From the NCBI RefSeq assembly GCF_000011805.1, contig NC_006840.2: 32,000 nucleotides of DNA. One strand, 5' to 3'. The notes beneath the pieces were generated by a model. It saw only the letters and a program-made list of their open reading frames with translations, was not told where the DNA came from and made no database searches. The DNA is from Aliivibrio fischeri ES114 (GTDB taxonomy: Bacteria > Pseudomonadota > Gammaproteobacteria > Enterobacterales > Vibrionaceae). Positions 1 to 10,424 of the stretch are shown piece by piece. The position numbers were made by a program, and so were the translations under genes. Numbering within the stretch: position 1 is the stretch's first letter; every line of letters begins with the position of its first letter.

Positions 1-29
1 ATAGCCCCACATAGTCTCTTTAATTTTTT

Positions 30-54
30 AACCTAATCAATCTGTGTGAACACT
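30..54 (-). other. 3' half of pre-16S processing stem (RNase III-type), pairs with 1751-1775
   Basis: aacctaatcaatctgtgtgaacact at 30-54 against agtgcccacacagattgatttggtt at 1751-1775. Complementary over 25 nt with 1 mismatch and 2 G-U pairs, flanking 16S. Confidence 0.85.
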
Positions 55-75
55 CATAAACCGTAATCTATCGTT

Positions 76-1628
<1,553 letters not shown>

Positions 1629-1750
1629 AAGTTCTTTTGAACTCTTTCAGCAGAAAGAAGTTCGACTCAATGATTAATACTGATTGTTACATAAAAGTAA
1701 TTTTGTGTAGTCACTCAGTTCATTGATAATGTGTTGATTATCAATTCACA

Positions 1751-1775
1751 AGTGCCCACACAGATTGATTTGGTT
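1751..1775 (-). other. 5' half of pre-16S processing stem
   Basis: Complementary to 30-54 in the - strand transcript. Confidence 0.85.
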
Positions 1776-1791
1776 AAATTGTTAAAGAGCT
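1776..1791 (-). promoter_or_regulatory. rRNA leader boxA-like antitermination element
   Basis: Reverse complement reads AGCTCTTTAACAATTT, matching the boxA core GCTCTTTAACA. Confidence 0.8.
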
Positions 1792-1837
1792 TGTCTTTCA
1801 ACGACTTGCGTTTCCGTTTCGTCGTTTGAGGCTGCGT

Positions 1838-1865
1838 ATAATACAGAGCCAAATTATTAAGTCAA
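1838..1865 (-). promoter_or_regulatory. rRNA operon P2-like sigma70 promoter
   Basis: Reverse complement TTGACT-N16-TATTAT (-35 1860-1865, -10 1838-1843). Confidence 0.75.
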
Positions 1866-1951
1866 GGATTATTTTCAAATTATTTTGAAGTCCTAAAACT
1901 CATTGTTCTCATGGATAAAGTTATTTATCTTTTCCTTGGGAACGGAGGCGC

Positions 1952-1979
1952 ATTATAGAGAGCTAATTAGGATTGGCAA
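1952..1979 (-). promoter_or_regulatory. rRNA operon P1-like sigma70 promoter with GC-rich discriminator
   Basis: Reverse complement TTGCCA-N16-TATAAT followed by GCGCCTCC. Confidence 0.8.
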
Positions 1980-2164
1980 GCGATATTTAAAAATAATCAT
2001 CTAAGTGATTATTTTCTACACAGATCACTTTTTTTCAAACAAACCCCCTACAAGAAATGAACAATGGCTTAATTAGTTGGCAATTGATACACAATATAAG
2101 TAGTATCAATGTGATTTTATTGTTAATTCATCACTTTCCATTTATTTACTAGACCTTACTTATC

Positions 2165-2646
2165 ATGAAATCTACTAATTCAAACATTGCTATTATTGCT
2201 ATCGCTGCACTAGGTGCAGGAGCAATCTCTTTATTTCCAACAGTATCTCCGGCTTTTGCTTTCGCTTTTGGCGCAGTGATTACAGGTTTTACGGTTTTAA
2301 CTATTAACAAAGCTCCAGCACAATCAAACTCAAATGATTCTGCTGATACTGCTCCAAACTCAGATCAAGCTAGTACTACATTATATGTGGGTAATTTACC
2401 TTATCGTGCAAATGAGTCAGATGTAAAAGAACTCTTTGCTGAATTTGGTGATGTATTTGCAGTACGTTTAATGAAAGACAAACGCACTGGTAAAAGAAGA
2501 GGCTTGGTTTCGTAGTAGTTGCAACAAAAGACGCTGACAACGTTATTGAAAATTTAAACAATAACGAATTTGATCAGCGAACTCTAAAAGTGCGTATTGC
2601 TAATGATCCTAAAACTTCGGGTAACCCAAACACTGAAGAGAACTAA
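2165..2646 (+). pseudogene. N-terminally hydrophobic RRM (RNA-binding) protein, disrupted by an apparent 1-nt deletion near 2504-2506
   Basis: Frame 1 (2165-2515) encodes TTLYVGNLPYRANESDVKELFAEFGDVFAVRLMKDKRTGKRRG and then hits TAG. From 2506 the +1 frame continues GFVVVATKDADNVIENLNNNEFDQRTLKVRIANDPKTSGNPNTEEN to TAA at 2644-2646. One added T restores RNP1 (RRGFGFVVV). Confidence 0.85.
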
Positions 2647-3409
2647 AATTTAGTTCTTTGAATGTATGATTTAGTGCCTCTTCTTTTATAGAGGGGGCAC
2701 TACAAAATACCTCACCTTCAAAAAGAACTGCACTTTCCACCTCATCCCCATTCAATAATTGTTTTACTCTTCTAGCTATTGCCTCTCCAGAATCAATAAG
2801 CAATATTTTATTTCCCAGTGCTTTTTTTATTTCATTCTTTAGAAAAGGGAAATGAGTACAACCTAGGACTATCGTATCTACTTTATTTTGCCAAGGAGAT
2901 AAAATCTCTTTTAGTTCCGTAATATCTACATCAATTCCGATCATTTTTTCTTCCGCCATTTCAACCAGTCGGGTTGAGCCTAATAGTTGAACATCTGATA
3001 TAGGAGCAAAAGATTTGATCAAATCATACGTGTAGCTTCTCTTTACTGTCGCAGGCGTTGCAAGTAAACCGATCTTATTTGATACAAGAGCTGCGGGTTT
3101 GATAGCAGGAACAACACCTACTACAGGTATATCTAATTTCTCCCTAAGAGAAGGAAGGACAACAGTACTTGCTGTATTACAAGCAATCACAACGATATCG
3201 ATAGGAAATTTAGAACATAACTTAGAGATAATGTGTGTCGTTCTTTCTATAAGTACAGATTCAGTTAGTTCACCATAAGGGAATGCCGCATTATCAAACG
3301 CATAAATATACTTAGCTAAAGGTAACTGATATTTAATTTCTTTATATACCGATAATCCACCGATACCTGAATCAAAAATCAAAATGTGTTTTGGCATAAC
3401 TGAAACCAC
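2609..3409 (-). CDS. murI: glutamate racemase (start may instead be the ATG at 3397)
   Basis: ORF with FDSGIGGLSVYKEI, ACNTAST and LGCTHFPFL motifs. Confidence 0.93.
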   Translation of the reverse strand: MVSVMPKHILIFDSGIGGLSVYKEIKYQLPLAKYIYAFDNAAFPYGELTESVLIERTTHIISKLCSKFPIDIVVIACNTASTVVLPSLREKLDIPVVGVVPAIKPAALVSNKIGLLATPATVKRSYTYDLIKSFAPISDVQLLGSTRLVEMAEEKMIGIDVDITELKEILSPWQNKVDTIVLGCTHFPFLKNEIKKALGNKILLIDSGEAIARRVKQLLNGDEVESAVLFEGEVFCSAPSIKEEALNHTFKELNFSSLQCLGYPKF

Positions 3410-3462
3410 AGACTCTATTGTAAGCCGATATAAAAAGATGAGCTCTAATCATACCTCTTGCA

Positions 3463-4134
3463 CTAGTTTTGTAAAACAGAAGCGTTATAACGAAGATGAG
3501 TAAAGCGCTGTTGTTTTTCAATTTGCATATCAGATAATTGGATTGAACCTTTAAAGCATGGTGCGCTAACCACTAAAGAATGAAACTCACCATTTTCTCC
3601 GCAAGGATCTACTTCTATTGGTAACTGTGCAATCAATTCTCTTGTGTATACTTTTCCACAAAATTGATTATTAAGTTGAGTCCCATCAGTTGTAACAAGA
3701 ATAGTTTTAATACCTAATGAAATAATCTCCTCAGCCAAGTCTCTGCTTGATTGCCCTATTAAAGGAAAAACACAGTCCCAACCTGCTTTTTCGATATAGC
3801 TTTTACGATAATCAACAATGCCATTGCAAAACATGTCACCGAAAGCAACAGAATCAAACTCAATACCACATTCTTTTAAACCAGTTATGACTAAACTTTG
3901 ATATTCATTGTTGGCAGGGAACACGGTTGGCAATTCGATTGTGATTAATGGCAGGTCGACTAAATCAGCTTGCATTTGAACAACTGATAATGGAGTTACT
4001 TGAAATGGGACTTCATTTGCTACATGTGTCGTATATAAAGCAACAACTTCATAGTCTGGATTCTCAAGCAATCGAATAAGAGTGAGTGTTGAATCCTTTC
4101 CTGATGACCAACTAATAATAACTTTCTTTTTCAT
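3463..4134 (-). CDS. Dph6/diphthine-ammonia ligase-like ATP-pyrophosphatase
   Basis: N-terminal PP-loop WSSGKDS, C-terminal DPCGENGEFHSLV. GAGG ribosome-binding site upstream of ATG. Confidence 0.85.
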   Translation of the reverse strand: MKKKVIISWSSGKDSTLTLIRLLENPDYEVVALYTTHVANEVPFQVTPLSVVQMQADLVDLPLITIELPTVFPANNEYQSLVITGLKECGIEFDSVAFGDMFCNGIVDYRKSYIEKAGWDCVFPLIGQSSRDLAEEIISLGIKTILVTTDGTQLNNQFCGKVYTRELIAQLPIEVDPCGENGEFHSLVVSAPCFKGSIQLSDMQIEKQQRFTHLRYNASVLQN

Positions 4135-4148
4135 TCATACCTCAAAAT

Positions 4149-4171
4149 GAAAAACCGCCAATGAAGGCGGT
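4149..4171 (-). terminator. Rho-independent terminator after btuB
   Basis: - strand ACCGCC-TTCATT-GGCGGT followed by TTTT. Confidence 0.7.
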
Positions 4172-4182
4172 CTTAAATCAAA

Positions 4183-6030
4183 TTAAAATTGATAATCTAA
4201 ACTAACATAATATGAGCGCTCTGCAGGTTTATAGCCACCCGCCGTTTCATATTCTTCATCAAATAAGTTTTCAACTCGACCTCGAACAGCAAGATCTGAC
4301 GTTACCCAATAAGCAGCAGCAACACTCCACAATGAATATGGATCAAGATAAGCGGTTTCAACACCTGGGGCTGAAGGTAAATCAGAGCGCTTTCCTGTAT
4401 AAATATAAGAAAGGTTCAGGTCTAAATCTCCTAAACTTACATTACCCATCCATTTATAATTCTGTTTTGCTCTTCTTGCTAGTTGTTGACCTTCTGTATC
4501 CTCATGATCTTTATACTCAGCGATCAATGTATGAGAAATAACTCCAGTATCAAATAACAACTCTAACTCAGCACCTTTAATATCAGCATCAACATTCGCA
4601 CTATAGCCTGCAAAATTTGGAGCGTCATAATATACAATTAAATTATCTACACGGTTCTTATAAAGAGATAAATTAACATTAACTAGGCTATATACTGCTG
4701 CAAGACTAACATCAATATTTTTTGACGTTTCCGGCTCTAAATCTGGAGCTGTCGATAAGTCATAAAATGATGGCGCTTTAAACGCTGTATTATAAGCAGT
4801 ACTTACTTTGTAAATATCATTAATTTGATAACTCGCACCAACACCCCACGTTGTATATTCATCATATTTATCGTGCTTATCAAATCGAGTATTTGCTTCT
4901 AACTTTAATTGCTCTAGTTGATATTGAGTTCCAAGATAGACGCCAGTCGACGTGCGACTTTCACCTTCATTAATAATTACCTTATTTGACCAATCAGTAA
5001 TGTCAGCTTTCACTTTCGCATCAGTCCAATCAACACCAGCATTAACTAACCAATCATTCGTTAATTTGATTTGATTAGCCCATTGCATATTTAACTGATC
5101 AATTTTTTGCTCTGAATCGAGATCTCCATTCTCATGGTATTCCAAAGTTTGGTCATCTTGATAACTAATACTTAGATTTGATGAAACCGCATCTTTATGA
5201 AAAGATAATTTTGAAGAATAAACCGTAGATTCTGATTCTGAGCGAGATTTCGTATTTGTATAATGGTTATATTCTGATGTACTATTAAACCATCTAACAC
5301 CAGTAAAAAGACTTACATAAGAAGAAAGCTGGTGCTCGTAGTTCAACATAAACTGGCTATTTTCAAAGCCATGTTTATCTCCATCATTTAATCCCGGCTG
5401 AGGATTAACATTGTAGCCTTCTGTTTGGGTGAATCCGGCAGCCATTTTTAAATGTCCGTTTTCACCTACCTTAGTGTTAGCTGCAAAGTTTCCTTCTTTA
5501 TATCTATCACTACCAGCACCAATTGTTGCTGATTTCGACTGATTATCAGAAGACGTTCTAGTGATGATATTAATCACACCACCAACAGCATCGGAGCCAT
5601 ACATTACAGCTCCAGAACCACGAATTATTTCAATTCTTTCAACTTGGTTTACAGGGATCTTATTAATGTTCATTCCACTTTTAATGGAACTGTTCATTCT
5701 AAAACCATCAATTAAAATCAATACATGATCAGAGTTAGTTCCTCTCATAAAAATAGAGGCATTTTGACCAATACCACCATTGCTTGCGACTTCTATCCCA
5801 GGTTGCAACCTTAAAATGTCCGTCATCGTTTTTGCTTGAATCTGAACAATCTCTTCTTTGGTGACTACACTCATTGGTGCAATAACATCTTCTGTTGACT
5901 GCTCAAATCTGTTCGCAGTAACAACCATTGTTTCATCGGTTTCTGTTGTGGTATTTTGAGCAAATACAGGGGATGTATAGGCGTGTGAAAGCAGCGACAC
6001 TACAGCTGTCGCTAAGGCGGTTTTCTTCAT
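4183..6030 (-). CDS. btuB: TonB-dependent vitamin B12 receptor
   Basis: 615-aa ORF with signal peptide, TonB box (DETMVVTA), plug domain (RIEIIRGSGAVMYGSDAVGGVINIITR) and C-terminal F. Preceded by a cobalamin riboswitch. Confidence 0.93.
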   Translation of the reverse strand: MKKTALATAVVSLLSHAYTSPVFAQNTTTETDETMVVTANRFEQSTEDVIAPMSVVTKEEIVQIQAKTMTDILRLQPGIEVASNGGIGQNASIFMRGTNSDHVLILIDGFRMNSSIKSGMNINKIPVNQVERIEIIRGSGAVMYGSDAVGGVINIITRTSSDNQSKSATIGAGSDRYKEGNFAANTKVGENGHLKMAAGFTQTEGYNVNPQPGLNDGDKHGFENSQFMLNYEHQLSSYVSLFTGVRWFNSTSEYNHYTNTKSRSESESTVYSSKLSFHKDAVSSNLSISYQDDQTLEYHENGDLDSEQKIDQLNMQWANQIKLTNDWLVNAGVDWTDAKVKADITDWSNKVIINEGESRTSTGVYLGTQYQLEQLKLEANTRFDKHDKYDEYTTWGVGASYQINDIYKVSTAYNTAFKAPSFYDLSTAPDLEPETSKNIDVSLAAVYSLVNVNLSLYKNRVDNLIVYYDAPNFAGYSANVDADIKGAELELLFDTGVISHTLIAEYKDHEDTEGQQLARRAKQNYKWMGNVSLGDLDLNLSYIYTGKRSDLPSAPGVETAYLDPYSLWSVAAAYWVTSDLAVRGRVENLFDEEYETAGGYKPAERSYYVSLDYQF

Positions 6031-6084
6031 TTCCGTTGTTTCCTAAAATCGCGTTAAGTCCATATAGCAATACGTAATGTATTA

Positions 6085-6295
6085 CTTATTGCTGGCAGGT
6101 CTTCGGACTTGAGAGCAGTTAACCTAGAGTACTCACTTCCCATTATTCGTCGATATCCTTAAACATCTAAAATTAACAGTGTGAAAAATTGTACCTTCGT
6201 TCTCTCTTACCGCTGCGCGTCAGTTCTGGATTTTCACCAGATTCCCTATTCAGGCTATAATTAAAAATAGCGCACCAACATGGGCGAAATAGTAG
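6085..6295 (-). promoter_or_regulatory. cobalamin riboswitch
   Basis: Reverse complement contains GAATCTGGTGAAAATCCAGAACTGACGCGCAGCGGTAA and AAGTCCGAAGACCTGCCAGCAA, the conserved cobalamin riboswitch core, directly upstream of btuB. Confidence 0.9.
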
Positions 6296-6442
6296 TGACC
6301 TACACTATCTTTGTCTAGGTTTATGCGCTCAATATCACGTCTTAGTATTAATTAGTTTCGATCAATAACACACAAATACTGGACAACAGATCTCTATCGC
6401 ATAAAATCGGCGCTCTTATTTTGAGCAGCGTGAGGCAAGACG

Positions 6443-7549
6443 ATGACACAATCAGTCATGAACCCAGAAAATTATCAAGTACAGTTAGATGAAAAAGCAG
6501 AAGCACTCTCTGCTATGTTTTCTGAATTTAATGTTCCAGAACTAGAAGTCTTTTCCTCTCCTGCTGAAAACTACCGCATGCGTGCTGAATTTCGTGTGTG
6601 GCATGAAGGTGACGAAATGTATTACGTCATGTTCAACCAAGAAACCAAAGAAAAATACCGTGTTGATTACTTCTTACCTGCAAGCCGTTTAATTAACGAT
6701 TTGATGCCATTACTAACAGAAGCAGTAAAAGAGAGTAAAACACTTCGCTATAAAATGTTCCAAGTGGATTTCTTATCAACCCTTAGTGGCGAAATTTTGG
6801 TGTCGATGCTTTATCACCGTCAACTAGATGATGCTTGGAAAGAAGAAGCGAAAGCATTAAAACAACGTCTGAATGATGAAGGTTTTAACCTAAATATCAT
6901 TGGTCGTGCACGTAAAATGAAAATCGTTTTAGACCAAGAGTTTGTTATTGAAAAACTTAAAGTTAATGACGACATCTTAACGTATAAGCAAGTTGAGAAT
7001 AGCTTTACACAACCAAACGGCATTGTTGCTCAAAAAATGCTGGAATGGGCAGTGGATTGTACACAAAACAGTCAAGGCGACCTACTTGAATTATATTGTG
7101 GTAACGGTAACTTCTCATTGGCATTAGCGAAAAACTTTGATCGTGTTTTAGCAACCGAATTAGCTAAACCATCTGTTGATTCTGCTCAATACAACATTGC
7201 AGCAAATAACATTGATAATGTACAAATCATTCGAATGTCAGCTGAAGATTTTACTGATGCTATGGAAGGTAAACGTGAATTTAGACGCTTAAAAGATCAA
7301 AACATCGATTTAAAAAGCTATAACTGCAACACTATCTTTGTTGATCCACCTCGTTCTGGAATGGATGAAGGGACTTGTAAGATGGTTCAAGGTTACGAGC
7401 GTATTATGTACATCTCTTGTAATCCTGAAACGCTAAAAGAAAACTTAGAAATTTTAAGCCAAACACACAACATTACGCGTTTTGCTTTATTTGACCAGTT
7501 CCCATACACACACCATATGGAAGCAGGCGTTTTCTTAGAAAGAAAATAA
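6443..7549 (+). CDS. trmA: tRNA (uracil-5-)-methyltransferase
   Basis: ORF with [28 protein letters not shown] and YISCNPETL motifs. trmA-yijD-fabR-sthA order as in Gammaproteobacteria. Confidence 0.95.
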   Translation: MTQSVMNPENYQVQLDEKAEALSAMFSEFNVPELEVFSSPAENYRMRAEFRVWHEGDEMYYVMFNQETKEKYRVDYFLPASRLINDLMPLLTEAVKESKTLRYKMFQVDFLSTLSGEILVSMLYHRQLDDAWKEEAKALKQRLNDEGFNLNIIGRARKMKIVLDQEFVIEKLKVNDDILTYKQVENSFTQPNGIVAQKMLEWAVDCTQNSQGDLLELYCGNGNFSLALAKNFDRVLATELAKPSVDSAQYNIAANNIDNVQIIRMSAEDFTDAMEGKREFRRLKDQNIDLKSYNCNTIFVDPPRSGMDEGTCKMVQGYERIMYISCNPETLKENLEILSQTHNITRFALFDQFPYTHHMEAGVFLERK

Positions 7550-7553
7550 ACTT

Positions 7554-7592
7554 AAAAAAAAGGCTCAGAGCGTAATGTTCTGAGCCTTTTTT
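7554..7592. terminator. bidirectional terminator between trmA and yijD
   Basis: AAAAAAAGGCTCAGA...TCTGAGCCTTTTTT with 9-bp arms. Confidence 0.85.
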
Positions 7593-7604
7593 ATGAACGG
7601 TTAT

Positions 7605-7979
7605 TTATATTTCTGTGTGAGTATCTTTCTTTTTCAAAATACCCATTTTTACACCAATCCAAAGTAACAAAGCCAGAGCAACTAGAATCGAAAAGAAATT
7701 AGAACCCGCTTCTGGATATTGTGCTTTTGCTAATGCTGAATGACCAAACAATCCTACAAAAAAACAAGCCACTGCAATAAGCGGAGTATCTTCACTCACT
7801 GGCGGTCGTAAGTATTCTTGATATAAACCTTGAGCCGCTAGAACCAATGCAATAATCGGAAAAATTGAGAAAGCAACTTCAGTTACTGTTAATCCAACCC
7901 AAACGGCATTTAAACAAAGACCTGCCACCACTGATAGCACTAATGTCTTTCGTTCATTTCTACTATTTTCATGTGTCAT
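7605..7979 (-). CDS. yijD: YijD family inner-membrane protein
   Basis: Four hydrophobic segments. Position between trmA and fabR. Confidence 0.85.
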   Translation of the reverse strand: MTHENSRNERKTLVLSVVAGLCLNAVWVGLTVTEVAFSIFPIIALVLAAQGLYQEYLRPPVSEDTPLIAVACFFVGLFGHSALAKAQYPEAGSNFFSILVALALLLWIGVKMGILKKKDTHTEI

Positions 7980-8029
7980 GTTTTTACCTCATACAGACAT
8001 TGATTCACTGCGAACAATGTACCTAAATT

Positions 8030-8707
8030 CTATTTTTCATTCTCTTTACGGTACCAGTAGGCCCCTTTAGAGAGCATTCGTAATTGAAAAATCAGTCGCT
8101 CAGATAATTCAGTTCGTGATGCCGAGTCTAAATCTAATGCCTCTGCCCCTGAGCTAAATACAAGCGTTACCGATGCTTCAGCCTGAACCAATGCTTCTTC
8201 ACGAGCTACCCCTGTTGTGGCAACTAAATATTCGGTAAGTTCCGCAACAAAGTGTTGGATTTCTCTTGCTACCGCGGCACGAAAAGCGGGTGATGTTCCT
8301 GAGCGTTCACGTAGTAATAAGCGAAAGACGTTAGGACTTCCCTCAATAAACTCCATGAAAGTTTCAACAGAAGTTCTAATGACACTCCCTTCAACTACGA
8401 TACGTTGACGAGCCTGTCTCATTAATTGACGTAATATCAAACCACCTTCATCTACTAGAGTTAGGCCTAACTCATCCATATCTTTAAAGTGTCGATAAAA
8501 AGACGTTGGAGCAATTCCAGCTTCTCGAGTAACTTCTCGTAAGCTTAAGCTTGTAAAACCTCGCTCGGCACATAATAGGCAAAAAGCAGCGTCAATAATG
8601 GTTCTTCGAGTTCTTTCTTTTTGTTGAGCACGAACGCCTTTTGCACTCACTGGGCGCTTTACTTCTGAGACTGCATTGAGATCATCAACTTCAAATTCAG
8701 GATACAT
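8030..8707 (-). CDS. fabR: TetR-family unsaturated fatty acid biosynthesis repressor FabR
   Basis: HTH segment [28 protein letters not shown]. Divergent from sthA. Confidence 0.93.
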   Translation of the reverse strand: MYPEFEVDDLNAVSEVKRPVSAKGVRAQQKERTRRTIIDAAFCLLCAERGFTSLSLREVTREAGIAPTSFYRHFKDMDELGLTLVDEGGLILRQLMRQARQRIVVEGSVIRTSVETFMEFIEGSPNVFRLLLRERSGTSPAFRAAVAREIQHFVAELTEYLVATTGVAREEALVQAEASVTLVFSSGAEALDLDSASRTELSERLIFQLRMLSKGAYWYRKENEK

Positions 8708-8941
8708 ATACTTTACCGTTTGTTGTGTGATTTAATTAAATGGGTATCACAAACTTCCGCCAACCCACATTATCGATTTCTACTTACCTATGTAAATAAT
8801 GAAATCACTAATACGACAGATTTCCATAAACAACGTGATCCTCTCCACTCTATCTTAATCACTTGATTTACCAAACGAATGAAAAGGTTAAAATACTTTG
8901 TTAGCAATGTTGCGATATTGATAATAATTAAGGCGCTAATA

Positions 8942-10357
8942 ATGACTAATTCAACCCCAATACGTTCAACCCATTTTGATGCCATTGTAATTGGTAGTGG
9001 CCCAGGGGGTGAAGGGGCTGCAATGGGTCTTACTAAAGCTAACTTAAATGTCGCAATTATAGAAAGAGAACCAAGTGTCGGTGGCGGTTGTACACACTGG
9101 GGAACCATTCCATCGAAAGCACTTCGTCATGCCGTTAGCCGTATTATCGAGTTTAACTCAAACCCTCTTTACTGTAAGAATAATACCAGTCTTCATTCTA
9201 CTTTTTCGGATATTTTAGGTCATGCGAAAAGTGTAATAGATAAGCAAACTCGTATGAGACAAGGGTTCTACGATCGCAACCAATGCTCACTCATCTTTGG
9301 AGAAGCGAGTTTCGTAGAAAAAAATACCGTTGCTGTTACAGCAAAAGATGGCTCTATTGAAACCTACACCGCCGACAAATTTATTATCGCTACTGGCTCT
9401 CGTCCATATCGACCTGAAGGCATTAATTTTAACCATAGTCGTGTTTACGACAGTGATTCTATCTTATCCCTTAAGCACGATCCTCGTCATATCATTATTT
9501 ACGGTGCTGGTGTTATTGGTAGTGAATACGCTTCTATTTTTCGAGGGTTAGGTGTAAAGGTAGATTTAGTAAATACTCGAGATCGCCTACTTTCCTTTTT
9601 AGATAATGAAATGTCAGATGCACTTTCCTATCATTTTTGGAACAGTGGTATCGTCACTCGCAATGATGAAAATTTTGAGCACATCGAAGCAAACGATGAC
9701 GGTGTAATCATGCATTTAGAATCAGGCAAAAAAATGAAAGCCGATTGCATACTTTTTGCAAATGGACGAACAGGTAATACGGACAAGCTAAACCTTTCAG
9801 CTGTTGGTCTTGAAGCTGATTCTCGTGGTCAATTAAAAGTAAATGATAATTACCAAACAGACGTCGAGCACATTTATGCGGTTGGTGATGTGATTGGATA
9901 CCCAAGCTTAGCCAGTGCCGCCTATGACCAAGGACGATTTACCGCTCAAGCCATTACTAAAGGCAAAGCAGAAGCTAGACTCATCGATCATATTCCTACT
10001 GGAATTTACACCATCCCAGAAATTAGCTCTGTAGGAAAAACGGAACAAGAACTTACCGCTGCAAAAGTACCTTACGAGGTTGGCCGCTCATCATTTAAAC
10101 ATTTAGCACGAGCACAAATTGCAGGTAAAGATATAGGTAGCCTAAAAATATTATTCCATCGTGAAACCAAGGAGATATTGGGCATTCATTGCTTTGGTGA
10201 ACGTGCGGCTGAAATCATTCATATCGGTCAAGCCATTATGGAGCAAAAAGGCGAAGCTAATACTATTGAGTATTTTGTTAATACCACATTTAACTACCCT
10301 ACTATGGCAGAAGCTTATCGAGTTGCCGCACTCAATGGTCTAAATAGATTATTCTAA
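8942..10357 (+). CDS. sthA: soluble pyridine nucleotide transhydrogenase (NAD(P)+ transhydrogenase)
   Basis: [36 protein letters not shown]-binding motif, NAD-binding [30 protein letters not shown]. Confidence 0.94.
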   Translation: MTNSTPIRSTHFDAIVIGSGPGGEGAAMGLTKANLNVAIIEREPSVGGGCTHWGTIPSKALRHAVSRIIEFNSNPLYCKNNTSLHSTFSDILGHAKSVIDKQTRMRQGFYDRNQCSLIFGEASFVEKNTVAVTAKDGSIETYTADKFIIATGSRPYRPEGINFNHSRVYDSDSILSLKHDPRHIIIYGAGVIGSEYASIFRGLGVKVDLVNTRDRLLSFLDNEMSDALSYHFWNSGIVTRNDENFEHIEANDDGVIMHLESGKKMKADCILFANGRTGNTDKLNLSAVGLEADSRGQLKVNDNYQTDVEHIYAVGDVIGYPSLASAAYDQGRFTAQAITKGKAEARLIDHIPTGIYTIPEISSVGKTEQELTAAKVPYEVGRSSFKHLARAQIAGKDIGSLKILFHRETKEILGIHCFGERAAEIIHIGQAIMEQKGEANTIEYFVNTTFNYPTMAEAYRVAALNGLNRLF

Positions 10358-10362
10358 TTATA

Positions 10363-10392
10363 AAAAAGGGCTGCATGCTGCAGCCATTTTTT
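10363..10392. terminator. bidirectional terminator between sthA and dinF
   Basis: AAAAAAGGGCTGCA-tgc-TGCAGCCATTTTTTT. Confidence 0.85.
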
Positions 10393-10424
10393 TGTATAAC
10401 TATCAATTAGGTAACGCATTTGGC

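Noticed and set aside
2670-2700. Imperfect hairpin GTGCCTC...GAGGGGGCAC considered as RRM-gene terminator
   Set aside because: Lies inside murI coding sequence, arms are mismatched and there is no T tract.
4212-4541. + strand 109-aa ORF
   Set aside because: Antisense to btuB C-terminal coding sequence. No RBS or protein-like features.
8788-9108. - strand 106-aa ORF upstream of and overlapping sthA
   Set aside because: Overlaps the conserved FAD-binding N-terminus of sthA on the other strand. Likely chance.
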